This document shows positions 7,194 through 16,853 of a stretch of 25,415 bases of DNA, one piece after another. How positions within the stretch are numbered: position 1 is the stretch's first letter; each line of letters starts with the position of its first letter. Both the position numbers and the translations under genes were made by a program. This DNA comes from Fibrobacterota bacterium (GTDB taxonomy: Bacteria; Fibrobacterota; Fibrobacteria; UBA11236): assembly GCA_043753995.1 (NCBI GenBank), contig JAYUVP010000059.1, positions 1-25,415 of the forward strand, in the 5' to 3' direction. The notes beneath the pieces are model-generated. The model was not told the DNA's origin. It made no database searches and saw nothing but the letters and a program-made list of their open reading frames with translations.

Positions 7194-8195
7194 ATGAGTC
7201 CCTCGTCATCGCCAAGCACTCCCCCGACTCAAAGCCCAGGCGATAAAAGGCGCTATAAGGACGGCCCATTTGATCAACTCGATGTGCCCGCCATTGCCAG
7301 CTTTGTGCTTTGCTTGCTCGGCCTTTTTCTATTCCTGACCTGGGTTCGTTCTCTCGACGGAAGTCACTTCATAACCGAGGGTGAAAGCAATGGTGTGGAT
7401 CGGGTGGCGCGCATCCTTATGCCGCCGAAAATGGCCTTTATTCCCTCTTCCGCCGATGTGCCGAGGCAGGTAAGCCTGGCACCGAGCACGCGTCCCAAGC
7501 CCGCCCCCGTCGATCCCACGGCTCGTTCCCGCATCGAGCGCTCTAGGCAGGCAGTGGAGCAACATATTGAAAAAGTGCAGCAAACAATGCCTAAGTCCGG
7601 CTTGCTCGCCATTCTTTCCGCCAAGGGTGGAGGCAGGGGCACGGCTGTCGGCGCCTTGGGATCACGAATGCGGATTTCGGGCCTGGGTAGCCTAGGATCA
7701 CGCCTGCAAGGCTTAGAAGGGCTATCCCGAGTGAGTGGCAATCAAGCCCTGCGGTCCGATCAAAGCAAGGAGCCTGCCGATGTAGGCATTGACAAGCTTT
7801 ATAAAGGATTCGACAATGCCAAGTTGGGGGCGCTCTCGAAAATCGGATCACTTGATCTCGATAAGAGCGAGAGAGTAGACCGGGGGCGGCGATATGCGAA
7901 TGCGCGCAATGTACAGGAACTGCATGCCGTCATCAGCCGCAAGCAAACCGCCATCCGCATGCTCTATGAAGAAAGGCTTCGTACCAGGCCGGATCTCGAA
8001 GGTAAAATCACCTTGATGCTAGTCATTGAGGAGGATGGCACGGTGTCCCACGTGAGCGCTATTCCCGGAGAAACAAGCCTCGACGACACCGATTTGATCG
8101 CTGAAATATTAAGGGTGGTGAAGCGCTGGGTATTTCCAGCTTTTACCGGTGGAGCCATCGAATTAAAAACCCCGTTCGTCCTGAAGCCCCAATGA
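7194..8195 (+). CDS. TonB-like energy transducer with AgmX/PglI-type C-terminal domain (GltG-like)
   Basis: Single N-terminal TM; Pro-rich then Gly-rich linker containing KSGLLAIL; C-terminal IRMLYEERLRTRPDLEGKITLMLVIEEDGTVSHV...VKRWVFP...KTPFVLKP, a TonB_C-like fold. Confidence 0.85.
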   Translation: MSPSSSPSTPPTQSPGDKRRYKDGPFDQLDVPAIASFVLCLLGLFLFLTWVRSLDGSHFITEGESNGVDRVARILMPPKMAFIPSSADVPRQVSLAPSTRPKPAPVDPTARSRIERSRQAVEQHIEKVQQTMPKSGLLAILSAKGGGRGTAVGALGSRMRISGLGSLGSRLQGLEGLSRVSGNQALRSDQSKEPADVGIDKLYKGFDNAKLGALSKIGSLDLDKSERVDRGRRYANARNVQELHAVISRKQTAIRMLYEERLRTRPDLEGKITLMLVIEEDGTVSHVSAIPGETSLDDTDLIAEILRVVKRWVFPAFTGGAIELKTPFVLKPQ

Positions 8196-9088
8196 AAAAA
8201 GCAAATGTGAAATGGCTTAGCTGGATCATGATTTTTGCATTTGTGACGCAAGCCGCCGTCATTAAGCCCGGTATGTATTTGAATATCGTGGTAAAGAATG
8301 ACAAGGATTTATCGCAAATCGTGCGGGTCAATGATAATGGCACCATAGACTATCCGCTCTATCAGGATATGAGCATTTCCGGAAAAACCACTAGCGAATT
8401 GCAGGACTTGCTCACCTATAAGCTCGCCAAGGTAGTGGAATCGCCACTGGTACTGGTGAGCGTCATTACGGAAAACCCCATCAACCTCTATGTGCTGGGA
8501 CAGGTTAAAAAACCAGGACTGGTCACCGCGGTTCCCAAAGCGAATTTGCAGGAAGTCCTGATGCTGGCTCTAGGTCCCACGGAGCAGGCCGACCTTTCGC
8601 GCGTCAAAGTCGTACACCGGAATCTCGGCGACGAAACGGCCAACTATTATGACTTGCAGCGTTTTCTATCGAGCGGCGACCTGTCATTACTTCCCAATTT
8701 AGAAGATGGAGATCGCATCATTTTTCTCAGCTCAAAAAAATCGAAATACATCAAGGTCCTGGGGGCGGTGAACAAGCCCGGTTTTTATCCCCTCACTGAA
8801 GCCGCATCGGTATTTGACATGGTCTATCTCGCCGGAGGTCCCACGGTCGACGCCAATTTGAATAAGGTGAGAATCATGAGTGCGCCTGGCGGACAGAAGT
8901 CAGACTTCCTCCTCGATATGCAAAAGTTCATTGATGAAGGCAAAACCGAGAACTTGCCATTACTAGGCGAAGGGGATGTGGTCATTGTCTATGCCAAGTC
9001 CTTCACCTGGGAAAAAAGTCTTGCCGTGGTCCGCGATTTGGTCGCCTTGGTGACGGCCTGGTTCGTCATCTCACAATTGGCGAAATGA
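8192..9088 (+). CDS. Polysaccharide export protein, OPX/Wza-like, with two SLBB domains
   Basis: Poly_export-like VRVNDNGTIDYPL...GKTTSEL; SLBB starts YVLGQVKKPG and KVLGAVNKPGFY; LEDGD and LGEGD ends; C-terminal amphipathic helix; lies directly upstream of wzc. Confidence 0.88.
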   Translation: MKKANVKWLSWIMIFAFVTQAAVIKPGMYLNIVVKNDKDLSQIVRVNDNGTIDYPLYQDMSISGKTTSELQDLLTYKLAKVVESPLVLVSVITENPINLYVLGQVKKPGLVTAVPKANLQEVLMLALGPTEQADLSRVKVVHRNLGDETANYYDLQRFLSSGDLSLLPNLEDGDRIIFLSSKKSKYIKVLGAVNKPGFYPLTEAASVFDMVYLAGGPTVDANLNKVRIMSAPGGQKSDFLLDMQKFIDEGKTENLPLLGEGDVVIVYAKSFTWEKSLAVVRDLVALVTAWFVISQLAK

Positions 9089-9089
9089 C

Positions 9090-11222
9090 ATGAGAACCTT
9101 GCAGCGCGAACTCGATTTCGCCGACTACCTGCGGCTAATCAACAAGAACAAATGGATTCTATTGATTTCGCTAGTGGCCTTCCTAGCCCCCACATGGTGG
9201 TTCGTGCAGCGCATCCCCAATATCTATGTGGCCCAAGCGCAAGTGGTTATGGACGAGGCCAAAGGCAATCCTTTGATGATGGGCATGGACGAGGGGCCTA
9301 AGCACAATCTCGGCTACTATCGGGCGATTTTCCGTAGTAAGGCATTTCAAGATCGCCTCATGCAGGCCACCTCGGAAAGTCTTATCAAAGCGGGTATGCC
9401 GACCACCCGCGAAGCCATGGACAAATATGTCGAATTGGGCGAAGGCATGGTGGAGTCCTTTATTTCACTTTCGGCGCACACTTCCAATGCTTCCATGAGC
9501 TATCAATTAGCGCAGACCGCGACGGATTCCCTGGTGGTTTTTTGCCGACGCGTTTCCAACGAAGAAAGTGAAAAAGCCATTGAGGCCATCAAGGCGCAGA
9601 TCGAAATCTGCGTGCGGAAAAGGGATTCGATCCAATTTCAGAAAAGCACCTTCACCGACGTATCACGCATGTCGAGCCGTGGCGACAATTTGGGACTTGA
9701 GGCGCTAGAGAAAAACTATCAAGACGAACTGGTCAAATTCGAGCTCGACAAAGCCAATCTCGAAGCGAAGCGAACTTATTTCCAGGCTTTGGATAAAAGC
9801 ATGCACCAGGGACAGGCCGGAGTCAATGACACAGCGGTGCAGTCCGCGAAAGAGCATCTAAAGCAATTGGAGAAAGAAAAGGAAAAAATGCTTCGCCTCG
9901 GCATTACCCTTACGCCCGAAAGCCCGCTTTCACAAGACTTACAACAAACCGAAGAGCGAATCGTCAAGCTCACCCGCAAGGGCGAACCGCAAGACCTCAA
10001 TGTTTTAGCCCAATGGCAAGTGATGCGTAAGGAAGTCACAGCCATGGAATCAGACATGCAATTGAAAAAAGCCAGGCTGGATGCGTTCAAGAAAGCCATT
10101 ATCCAATACCGCGAATCCCACCCTGACCTTGGCAAGCAGGAATATGAAATCAAGCAACTCGACAACTTGCTCGAACGTTATACCGAAACGCATAAGCGGC
10201 TCACGGACCGGCTCGAAGATGCCATCATTCAATTGCAAAGCAAAAGTGGTGGGCTCAAAATCGTCGACGCAGCGCAATTGCCCACGACCCCAGTGGCACG
10301 TAAGGACTACATCTTTTATTTGGTTGCATTTGTGGTCGCACTCGGCTTCGGCATTGGACTTTCGGTCCTGAGAGAATTCCTCGATGATACGGTGAAGACC
10401 AATGATGATATTGAAAAGCATTTGGCCTTAACCCTATTGGGAACCATTCCCCATATCGAAACCTCGAAAGCCGATCTCGAAGTTCAACGCACCTTCACTA
10501 AGGGCAAGCAAAGAATCCGGAATCGCTATCCCGAGCTCATCATTGGAGAAAAAAGTGAGGAAAGCATTGTCGCCGAAGCCTATCGCAGCTTGCGCACCAA
10601 TGTGGTTTTCGCCTCACCTGACAAGCCCATACAAACCTTGCTCATCACCAGCTCTGGTCCTGGCGAAGGCAAGTCCCTGACAATGGCCAATACCGCTTTG
10701 AGCTTTGCCCAACAAGGCGAGCCCACCCTCATCGTGGATACCGATTTACGCCGTCCTGTCGCCCATCATCTATTCGGCATAGAAAGGTCCCCTGGATTCG
10801 GCGAAATCATCGCAGGAACCGCCACCATAGACGAATGCATACGGGACATACAGGGAGCGCAACTCAAGGTCATCACCGCGGGCGCCTATATGCCGAATCC
10901 CGCCGAAGTCCTTGGCTCGCGAAAAATGGATAACCTGCTCAAGGAATTAAAGCAGAGATTCCACTATATCCTCTTCGACACCCCCCCCGTCATCGCCGTC
11001 ACGGACGCCGCTATTCTTGCCACCAAACTGGATGGCGTCATTCTTGTCACCCGGTCTGGAAAAACAAGCATGCAGGTCAGCCAAAGGACTCTGCAATCCT
11101 TGCGCAATGTGAATGCTCGCATACTGGGCTGCATTCTCAATGATGTCGATATCACCCAGGGCTATTCAAGCCACAGCTATTACAAGCATTATTATCATCA
11201 TTACATGACCCGCAAGGACTGA
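9090..11222 (+). CDS. wzc: Polysaccharide co-polymerase / BY-kinase (Wzc family)
   Basis: Two TMs flanking a coiled-coil periplasmic region; EAYRSLRTN; Walker A SSGPGEGKS, A' IVDTDLRRP, B ILFDTPP; Tyr-rich tail GYSSHSYYKHYYHHY. Confidence 0.95.
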   Translation: MRTLQRELDFADYLRLINKNKWILLISLVAFLAPTWWFVQRIPNIYVAQAQVVMDEAKGNPLMMGMDEGPKHNLGYYRAIFRSKAFQDRLMQATSESLIKAGMPTTREAMDKYVELGEGMVESFISLSAHTSNASMSYQLAQTATDSLVVFCRRVSNEESEKAIEAIKAQIEICVRKRDSIQFQKSTFTDVSRMSSRGDNLGLEALEKNYQDELVKFELDKANLEAKRTYFQALDKSMHQGQAGVNDTAVQSAKEHLKQLEKEKEKMLRLGITLTPESPLSQDLQQTEERIVKLTRKGEPQDLNVLAQWQVMRKEVTAMESDMQLKKARLDAFKKAIIQYRESHPDLGKQEYEIKQLDNLLERYTETHKRLTDRLEDAIIQLQSKSGGLKIVDAAQLPTTPVARKDYIFYLVAFVVALGFGIGLSVLREFLDDTVKTNDDIEKHLALTLLGTIPHIETSKADLEVQRTFTKGKQRIRNRYPELIIGEKSEESIVAEAYRSLRTNVVFASPDKPIQTLLITSSGPGEGKSLTMANTALSFAQQGEPTLIVDTDLRRPVAHHLFGIERSPGFGEIIAGTATIDECIRDIQGAQLKVITAGAYMPNPAEVLGSRKMDNLLKELKQRFHYILFDTPPVIAVTDAAILATKLDGVILVTRSGKTSMQVSQRTLQSLRNVNARILGCILNDVDITQGYSSHSYYKHYYHHYMTRKD

Positions 11223-11225
11223 ATC

Positions 11226-12908
11226 GTGAAGTCGCTCGCGCGCGTCGTCAGCAACAGCCTTCACTTTTTGTTTTCCAATCTCCTAGGCTTCGCTATGGGC
11301 ATGGTGGCGTCCATCGTCATGGCGCGTACCTTAGGGCCAAATGATTTGGGGATTTTTCATCAAGCCCAATGGTTCGCGGGAACGCTCTCTTTTTGCCTTT
11401 CTCTAGGATTCATGACTACGGTGACTAAGTTCACGGCACAATATCGCGCAGAAGGAAGACATGCCGATATTGCAGCAGCGGTTCGTTTCATTTACCGTGT
11501 CGAATTCGCCATTGGCCTAATAGCTACCGTCGGACTCATTCTCTTCGCCCTGCCTATAGCCGATCATTATTTTTCCCCGAATGAATCACCGCTTTTCATT
11601 TTGGCCTTTTTAGCCATCACACCAGGGCTTCAGACCGCCGTCCTCTCGTCCGCAATGGAAGGCGCGCAGATTTTCAGGTATCAAAGCCTTCACGCCATGA
11701 CGCTTACACCGCTTTCTCTCATCGCCAAAGTCGTATTACTGGTTCAAGGCTATGGTCTAATTGGACTATTCTGGTGTAATCTTGCTTTTGCGGTTTTTAA
11801 TCTGGCCTTTTATCATTGGGCTGTGGACCGAGAAGGCCTCATCGCCAATTCCAACCGCAATGACGCGAATCCATCCAAAACCTGGAAAGGGGAATTGCTC
11901 GGCTATACTCGTTCTATCGTGGGCATTCAATTCGTCGATTTGCTGGTATGGTCACGTTCCGAAAATTATTTCTTGGGCCGTTTCTGCCAAGCCGCGGAAA
12001 TCGCCTACTATAACCTGGCGCAAAATCTTCTACTCCGTTTTACGGGGATATTGCCGAACCTCATGTGGAAAATGCTGCTTCCACTCACGGCCGATCACCA
12101 TGGCCGGGAGGATACTGTTAAACTCGGTCGAACCTATCAGCTCGCCATGCGATATGCGGCCTGTATTTCCTTTCCCATCATCACGTCCTGCTTCTTCGCG
12201 TCCTTTGAACTCATCGTGATCTTTTATGGACACCTTTATGCAGAGGCGAAAACTTGTTTTCAAATTTTATGCGTAGGCGCCCTATTAACAACCTTGGCAC
12301 AGCCAGGATCGGCGGCATTATACGCCACCGATAGGCAAAAATTCATTTTTCGCTATGGTTTAGTTTTAGCGGTATTTAATATCGCCTTTAACTTCTGGAT
12401 CATTCCCAAATTTGGAGCCACCGGCGCCGCAGCCAGTTATGCCATAACCACCGGACTCGGTGCCATTGGGGGGTTCATTTACACATGGCATACCTTAGGC
12501 TTTGCTTTGCCTTTCGCTTCCTTTATCCGCTGCGCTATCGCCAGCGCTGGACTAGGGATAGTCTTGGTGGCTGCACTGAATATGCCCGTCGAACCTTTTG
12601 ACTTCCTCACCGGACTTTCGCGAACATTGCGTAATCACACCGGTTATGGAATGGAAATTTTGCTTGGCGCACGCACCCTACGTTTGCTATTGGCATTATG
12701 CCTTGGAAGTACCACCTATGCGATTTTCCTTTTCATTTTGGCCAAACCCAATTCTGATGACCTTTTGGTCTTGGAGTCTTTGCGGCGTTACCTGCCTAAG
12801 CCCGTAGCCAAGGGTTTGCAATGGGCGGTGAGCCACAAGAAGCCGCTTGCCACTATCCACTCGCCACTATCCGCCCAAGAAATTGGCACCGACAACGATT
12901 CTGTATAA
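11226..12908 (+). CDS. wzx: Oligosaccharide flippase (Wzx/MOP family)
   Basis: GTG start; many hydrophobic helices; ARTLGPNDLGIF; N...IPKFGATGAAASY; locus context. Confidence 0.9.
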   Translation: MKSLARVVSNSLHFLFSNLLGFAMGMVASIVMARTLGPNDLGIFHQAQWFAGTLSFCLSLGFMTTVTKFTAQYRAEGRHADIAAAVRFIYRVEFAIGLIATVGLILFALPIADHYFSPNESPLFILAFLAITPGLQTAVLSSAMEGAQIFRYQSLHAMTLTPLSLIAKVVLLVQGYGLIGLFWCNLAFAVFNLAFYHWAVDREGLIANSNRNDANPSKTWKGELLGYTRSIVGIQFVDLLVWSRSENYFLGRFCQAAEIAYYNLAQNLLLRFTGILPNLMWKMLLPLTADHHGREDTVKLGRTYQLAMRYAACISFPIITSCFFASFELIVIFYGHLYAEAKTCFQILCVGALLTTLAQPGSAALYATDRQKFIFRYGLVLAVFNIAFNFWIIPKFGATGAAASYAITTGLGAIGGFIYTWHTLGFALPFASFIRCAIASAGLGIVLVAALNMPVEPFDFLTGLSRTLRNHTGYGMEILLGARTLRLLLALCLGSTTYAIFLFILAKPNSDDLLVLESLRRYLPKPVAKGLQWAVSHKKPLATIHSPLSAQEIGTDNDSV

Positions 12909-12912
12909 TGCC

Positions 12913-14061
12913 ATGGGACGACGATGCGCAGTCTTCATTGATGCCGAACCCCCCAGTCTTACCGGGGGTGGCATTCGAAGTTATTTGCTGCACACTGCCA
13001 CCTTGCTACAGAATGCCGGAATGGACATTCGCATTTATAGTCAAAGTCCGGAAGCCTTTTCTGATTTTCATTGCCGACCGATACAAAGGAAACCTTGGCC
13101 TCCCAGACCTTTACGCGGATGGCTTTACAAGCATGCTTATGCCCAAGCCGTCGCCTTTGAGCAATCGTTGTGGCTAGCGGATACCCTACTGGCCGATCAC
13201 CATGAACAAATGCGGTACGAATTCTGTGACTATGACGGCCTAACCTTTCATGCATTGCTTCGCCCGCCTTTAAAAGCATGCCTCAGCGTGCGTGTGCATA
13301 CCCCCCTTTTTTTAATACCCGGTTCCCATAATCGAGGAGAAAGTGTTTGGCCAAGGCGCCTACTTGCCTGGCGAGAAAAGTTTTGCTTAAGCCGAACACC
13401 CAAGTTGTCGGCACCCTCACCAGAGTTTCTGGCGGAAAAATTACCGGATTTACAGAGGGCCATTACACTATTCAATCCGCCACCGGAAATGACAGCTTTC
13501 TCCGGGAAACGCACCCGAGAACCGCTGAGGCCCGACTTTCTTTTTCTGGGACGATGGGAAAAACGCAAAGGCTTGCTTGAACTTTTGCAGGCCTTCGCCT
13601 CATTTCAAAAGCACGTCCCTGAAGCCCGCTTAACCGTAATCGGTGAGTCGGGAAAAAGCGATTATGCCGGACAAGTTTCCGCCTTTATCGGAAAGGGATT
13701 ACCCTGGCTGACCGTAGAACCGGCCTATGCCGGGCCCAAGGATGAATTGTTTTCCCGCTTCAGTGTGCTATTGATTCCCTCGCTTTGGGAAAATGCCCCT
13801 TATGTGTTTTACGAAGCTTTGGCCCATGGCATCTTGGCCCTAGGCTCAGCTACTGGAGACATGGGTGCAGCGCAAAAGCAAACCCACCAATTGAATCCGC
13901 AAGGAGGATCTCCAGAAAATTGGACCGCAGCCTTGCTGAAACTTTGGGAATACCGTCACCTAGCCGTTACCTGGCGGGAAAAGCAAATTGCCTGGATACG
14001 CGGGCGCCGAAAAACGACCGAAAATGACATGATTAAATATTGGACACATTGGCCCATATAG
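12913..14061 (+). CDS. Glycosyltransferase family 4
   Basis: GGGIRSY, FLFLGRWEKRKG, PSLWENAPYVFYEALAHG (EX7E). ATG 12913 is preferred, 4 nt after the wzx stop. Confidence 0.88.
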   Translation: MGRRCAVFIDAEPPSLTGGGIRSYLLHTATLLQNAGMDIRIYSQSPEAFSDFHCRPIQRKPWPPRPLRGWLYKHAYAQAVAFEQSLWLADTLLADHHEQMRYEFCDYDGLTFHALLRPPLKACLSVRVHTPLFLIPGSHNRGESVWPRRLLAWREKFCLSRTPKLSAPSPEFLAEKLPDLQRAITLFNPPPEMTAFSGKRTREPLRPDFLFLGRWEKRKGLLELLQAFASFQKHVPEARLTVIGESGKSDYAGQVSAFIGKGLPWLTVEPAYAGPKDELFSRFSVLLIPSLWENAPYVFYEALAHGILALGSATGDMGAAQKQTHQLNPQGGSPENWTAALLKLWEYRHLAVTWREKQIAWIRGRRKTTENDMIKYWTHWPI

Positions 14062-14072
14062 GCTTGATTCGT

Positions 14073-15311
14073 ATGCGTATCGGCATCATTTCCCGCGAAT
14101 TCCCTCCCGACACCCATGTCGGCGGCATCGCCACCTTTAGTGATATCGCCTCCCGACTCTTAGTGCAGCATGGTCATGAAGTGCATGTCTTCTGCAATGG
14201 CGGCAAAACAGAATTGCATAAGGACGGCAATTTGTGGGTGCATCGCATTGCTATGGGGTCGCATCCATTGCCTCAGAGTCGATGGCTTTACCCTTGGCGC
14301 CGCTATGTCAGGCAAAATCTTCCTGCTTGGTTAGATGCCCTCACCTGGGCGCATACCGTTTCTGCCTACCTCGCGAATCACGTGGATATTTCCCGATTTG
14401 ATGCTTGGGAATGGCCCGAAACCAATGGCGAAGGCGCATGCCTTCCTCCTTTACCCATTGAATCGCGACGTATTTGTCGCATCCATACCTCTTGGCTCGA
14501 TAAGTCCATGCACAATGTTTTGGAAAAGAAAATGCTTTTGCGCCTGCAAAAGCAGGCTTGCCTGAAAGCCAGCCAAGTCGTTTCCCCAAGCCTTGCCATG
14601 ACGCAAAATTATGCCTCCCAGGTTTTGCGTTTACCCCATCCCGTGCTAGCATCGCCCAATCCCATGCGGAATTGGAAAGAGCGATTGAATTGGGAGGCGA
14701 AGTCCAATTCGAATCTTCTATTCATTGGGCGCATCGAATACCGCAAAGGAATAGACCTGCTATTAAAGGCAATAGACGACCTTGCCAATCAGGGTTACGC
14801 CGCGACACTGCGCGTGGCAGGAGCACTGAACCCGCCTTTTGCACCCGGTGATTCCGAAGTTCAAACAGCCTTTCAACTGGCTTTGAAAACCTTTTCCTCC
14901 TCGAGTAAAAGCAAAATCAGAATTGAATTTTTAGGACCGCTACCCCATTCCCAATTGCATGAGCAACTGGACTGGGCCGGACTCGTGATTTTGCCTTCGC
15001 GCATGGACAATTATCCCTATGTATTGCTGGAAGCCTTGACCCGTGGCTGTTGCATTTTGGCGACCCAGGTGGGAGGTGTTAGAGAAATTTGCGGTGATCA
15101 GCCCTTCGCCCAATGGATAGAACCGGATGACCCTGTCGCCCTTAGCCTCAAAATGCGACAATGGTTGCAAGTGAAATCCGATTTCAAGGGGCTTTGGCAC
15201 CAAGCAGCGGAATTCGCGACCCTTCATTTCAGCGAGGAAGCAAGCTACCAGCGGCTGATGCGACTTTATGGCCTTGCCACAAGCCCCTCATCCAGGCTAT
15301 CGAGCGATTAA
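14073..15311 (+). CDS. Glycosyltransferase family 4
   Basis: MRIGIISREFPP..GGIATF, GHEVHV, LFIGRIEYRKGIDLL, PSRMDNYPYVLLEALTRG. Confidence 0.92.
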   Translation: MRIGIISREFPPDTHVGGIATFSDIASRLLVQHGHEVHVFCNGGKTELHKDGNLWVHRIAMGSHPLPQSRWLYPWRRYVRQNLPAWLDALTWAHTVSAYLANHVDISRFDAWEWPETNGEGACLPPLPIESRRICRIHTSWLDKSMHNVLEKKMLLRLQKQACLKASQVVSPSLAMTQNYASQVLRLPHPVLASPNPMRNWKERLNWEAKSNSNLLFIGRIEYRKGIDLLLKAIDDLANQGYAATLRVAGALNPPFAPGDSEVQTAFQLALKTFSSSSKSKIRIEFLGPLPHSQLHEQLDWAGLVILPSRMDNYPYVLLEALTRGCCILATQVGGVREICGDQPFAQWIEPDDPVALSLKMRQWLQVKSDFKGLWHQAAEFATLHFSEEASYQRLMRLYGLATSPSSRLSSD

Positions 15312-15894
15312 ACGATTGCTGGACATAGTCGGCAGCCTTCTTGGCCTTCTGTTGTTTTTTTTGTTTTTGCCTTTCCTCGCCATGCTGATCAAGTTGGATT
15401 CGCGCGGCCCCATCCTTTTTGTGCAAACTCGCGTGGGACAATACGGTCGCAGGTTCAAGTTTGTCAAACTTCGCACCATGATAGTCGATGCGCATCAGCT
15501 CCAATGGGAATTGAATGCCTTCAATGAAACGGGTGGCCTGACTTTCAAAATGGATAAGGACCCTCGCATCACGCGCGTAGGACGCCTACTTCGACGCACT
15601 AGTCTGGATGAGACACCCCAGTTTTGGAATGTCCTCCGTGGCGAAATGTCCTTGGTCGGCCCACGTCCTCCCCTCTTAAACGAAGTCGAACGCTATGACG
15701 AACAGCAGCGAATACGCATGACCGTGCCCCAAGGCATGACCGGCCTTTGGCAGGTGCGTGGACGATCCGGACTACGCTTCGGTGAAATGGCCAATCTCGA
15801 CAACTATTATGCGTTGCACGCCAATTTGCCTCTCGACTTGGCCATACTTTGGCACACACTTCCGGTCGTATTCTCGGGTCGAGGAGCGCGATGA
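15268..15894 (+). CDS. Priming phosphoglycosyl transferase (bacterial sugar transferase, small monotopic form)
   Basis: KRLLDI, KLDSRGP, KLRTM, DPRITRVGRLLRRTSLDETPQFWNVLRGEMSLVGPRP, GMTGLWQV. Confidence 0.95.
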   Translation: MALPQAPHPGYRAIKRLLDIVGSLLGLLLFFLFLPFLAMLIKLDSRGPILFVQTRVGQYGRRFKFVKLRTMIVDAHQLQWELNAFNETGGLTFKMDKDPRITRVGRLLRRTSLDETPQFWNVLRGEMSLVGPRPPLLNEVERYDEQQRIRMTVPQGMTGLWQVRGRSGLRFGEMANLDNYYALHANLPLDLAILWHTLPVVFSGRGAR

Positions 15895-16853
15895 CTAGGG
15901 TTGCACTGCATGCCGAGACCCTGGCCCACTCTTCAAACATGACCTTGGCCGTGGTCACCTTCAATCAAGCGACTTTGCTTAAACTTTTTCTCGCCCGCTA
16001 TCTGAGCCATGGTGCTTCGCTGGTTCGCCTACTCACCATCGACGACGGATCCACGGACGAAACTCCGGAGTTACTGCGCCTGTCAGCGATGCATCCGGAA
16101 ATTACCACCCTTCGCATCGAACATGGTGGGGCGGCCAAGGCCCGCAATGTTGCTCTCAAAACTTGTGTCACCCAATGGTTGGCCTTTACCGACACGGACT
16201 GCGAATTCGACTCAAATTATTTCCTTCAGTTATTACGCGTGCCTACTCTTTTTCCCAATGCCATCGCCGTCGAAGGCGCGGTTCTCCCTCCTGACGGACC
16301 CAAACCCCCCTTGACCCATTGGCTGGAAAACGCGAAGGGTGGAATATTTGCCACGGCGAATTTGGCGTTGCGGCCTACAGCCATTCTCACCTTGGGTGGT
16401 TTTGACGAAGCCTATCCCAGCAATTTGCGAGAGGACACCGACTTAGGCCTCAGGCTCCTGGAGCAAAATCACCCTTGCCCTTTTTTTGCTGACTTGCAGG
16501 TTCGACATCCTTTTGTACCCCGGAAATGGCGCGTTTCCATGGCCCGGGCCTGGCATCGTCAGTGGGAAACCATGCAAGCCGAATCGCGTCTGTATGAGAA
16601 GCATAGGGACTCCTATCGAAAAGTCCGCCGATTGGAAAGTGCCACCGCAACCATGACATGGTGGCGCAAGCGACATTTGGCCTTTTATGCCAAGCAAAAT
16701 TGGGCTTGGACCCAGGCACAATGCGCGAACGGATTTCGATCGGGCATTCAAGCCCTTGTCCGCTATAGTGCCGCCTTGGTTTTGGCAGCTTGGGAACAAC
16801 TTTGCTTGAATCTCCATTGGTTTTTAAACCGGAAAAAACTGGGCATATCTTGA
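15891..16853 (+). CDS. Glycosyltransferase family 2
   Basis: VVTFN, IDDGSTDET, GAAKARN, FTDTDC (DxD), GGFDE...EDTDLGLR. ATG 15891 forms an ATGA overlap. Confidence 0.92.
   Translation: MTRVALHAETLAHSSNMTLAVVTFNQATLLKLFLARYLSHGASLVRLLTIDDGSTDETPELLRLSAMHPEITTLRIEHGGAAKARNVALKTCVTQWLAFTDTDCEFDSNYFLQLLRVPTLFPNAIAVEGAVLPPDGPKPPLTHWLENAKGGIFATANLALRPTAILTLGGFDEAYPSNLREDTDLGLRLLEQNHPCPFFADLQVRHPFVPRKWRVSMARAWHRQWETMQAESRLYEKHRDSYRKVRRLESATATMTWWRKRHLAFYAKQNWAWTQAQCANGFRSGIQALVRYSAALVLAAWEQLCLNLHWFLNRKKLGIS

Noticed and set aside
5446..8195. Interpretation as a canonical TonB-ExbBD uptake system or Tol-Pal
   Set aside because: No TonB-dependent receptor, tolB or pal is in the window. Two dissimilar ExbDs and an AgmX/PglI-type C-terminus fit an Agl/Glt-like module better.
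4832..8195. Claim of a complete gliding-motility machine
   Set aside because: The TPR proteins and outer-membrane beta-barrel Glt components are not in the window, so motility cannot be inferred.
10981..10988. C8 homopolymer in wzc as a phase-variation tract
   Set aside because: It encodes the conserved DTPP Walker B motif, is short, and the frame is intact.
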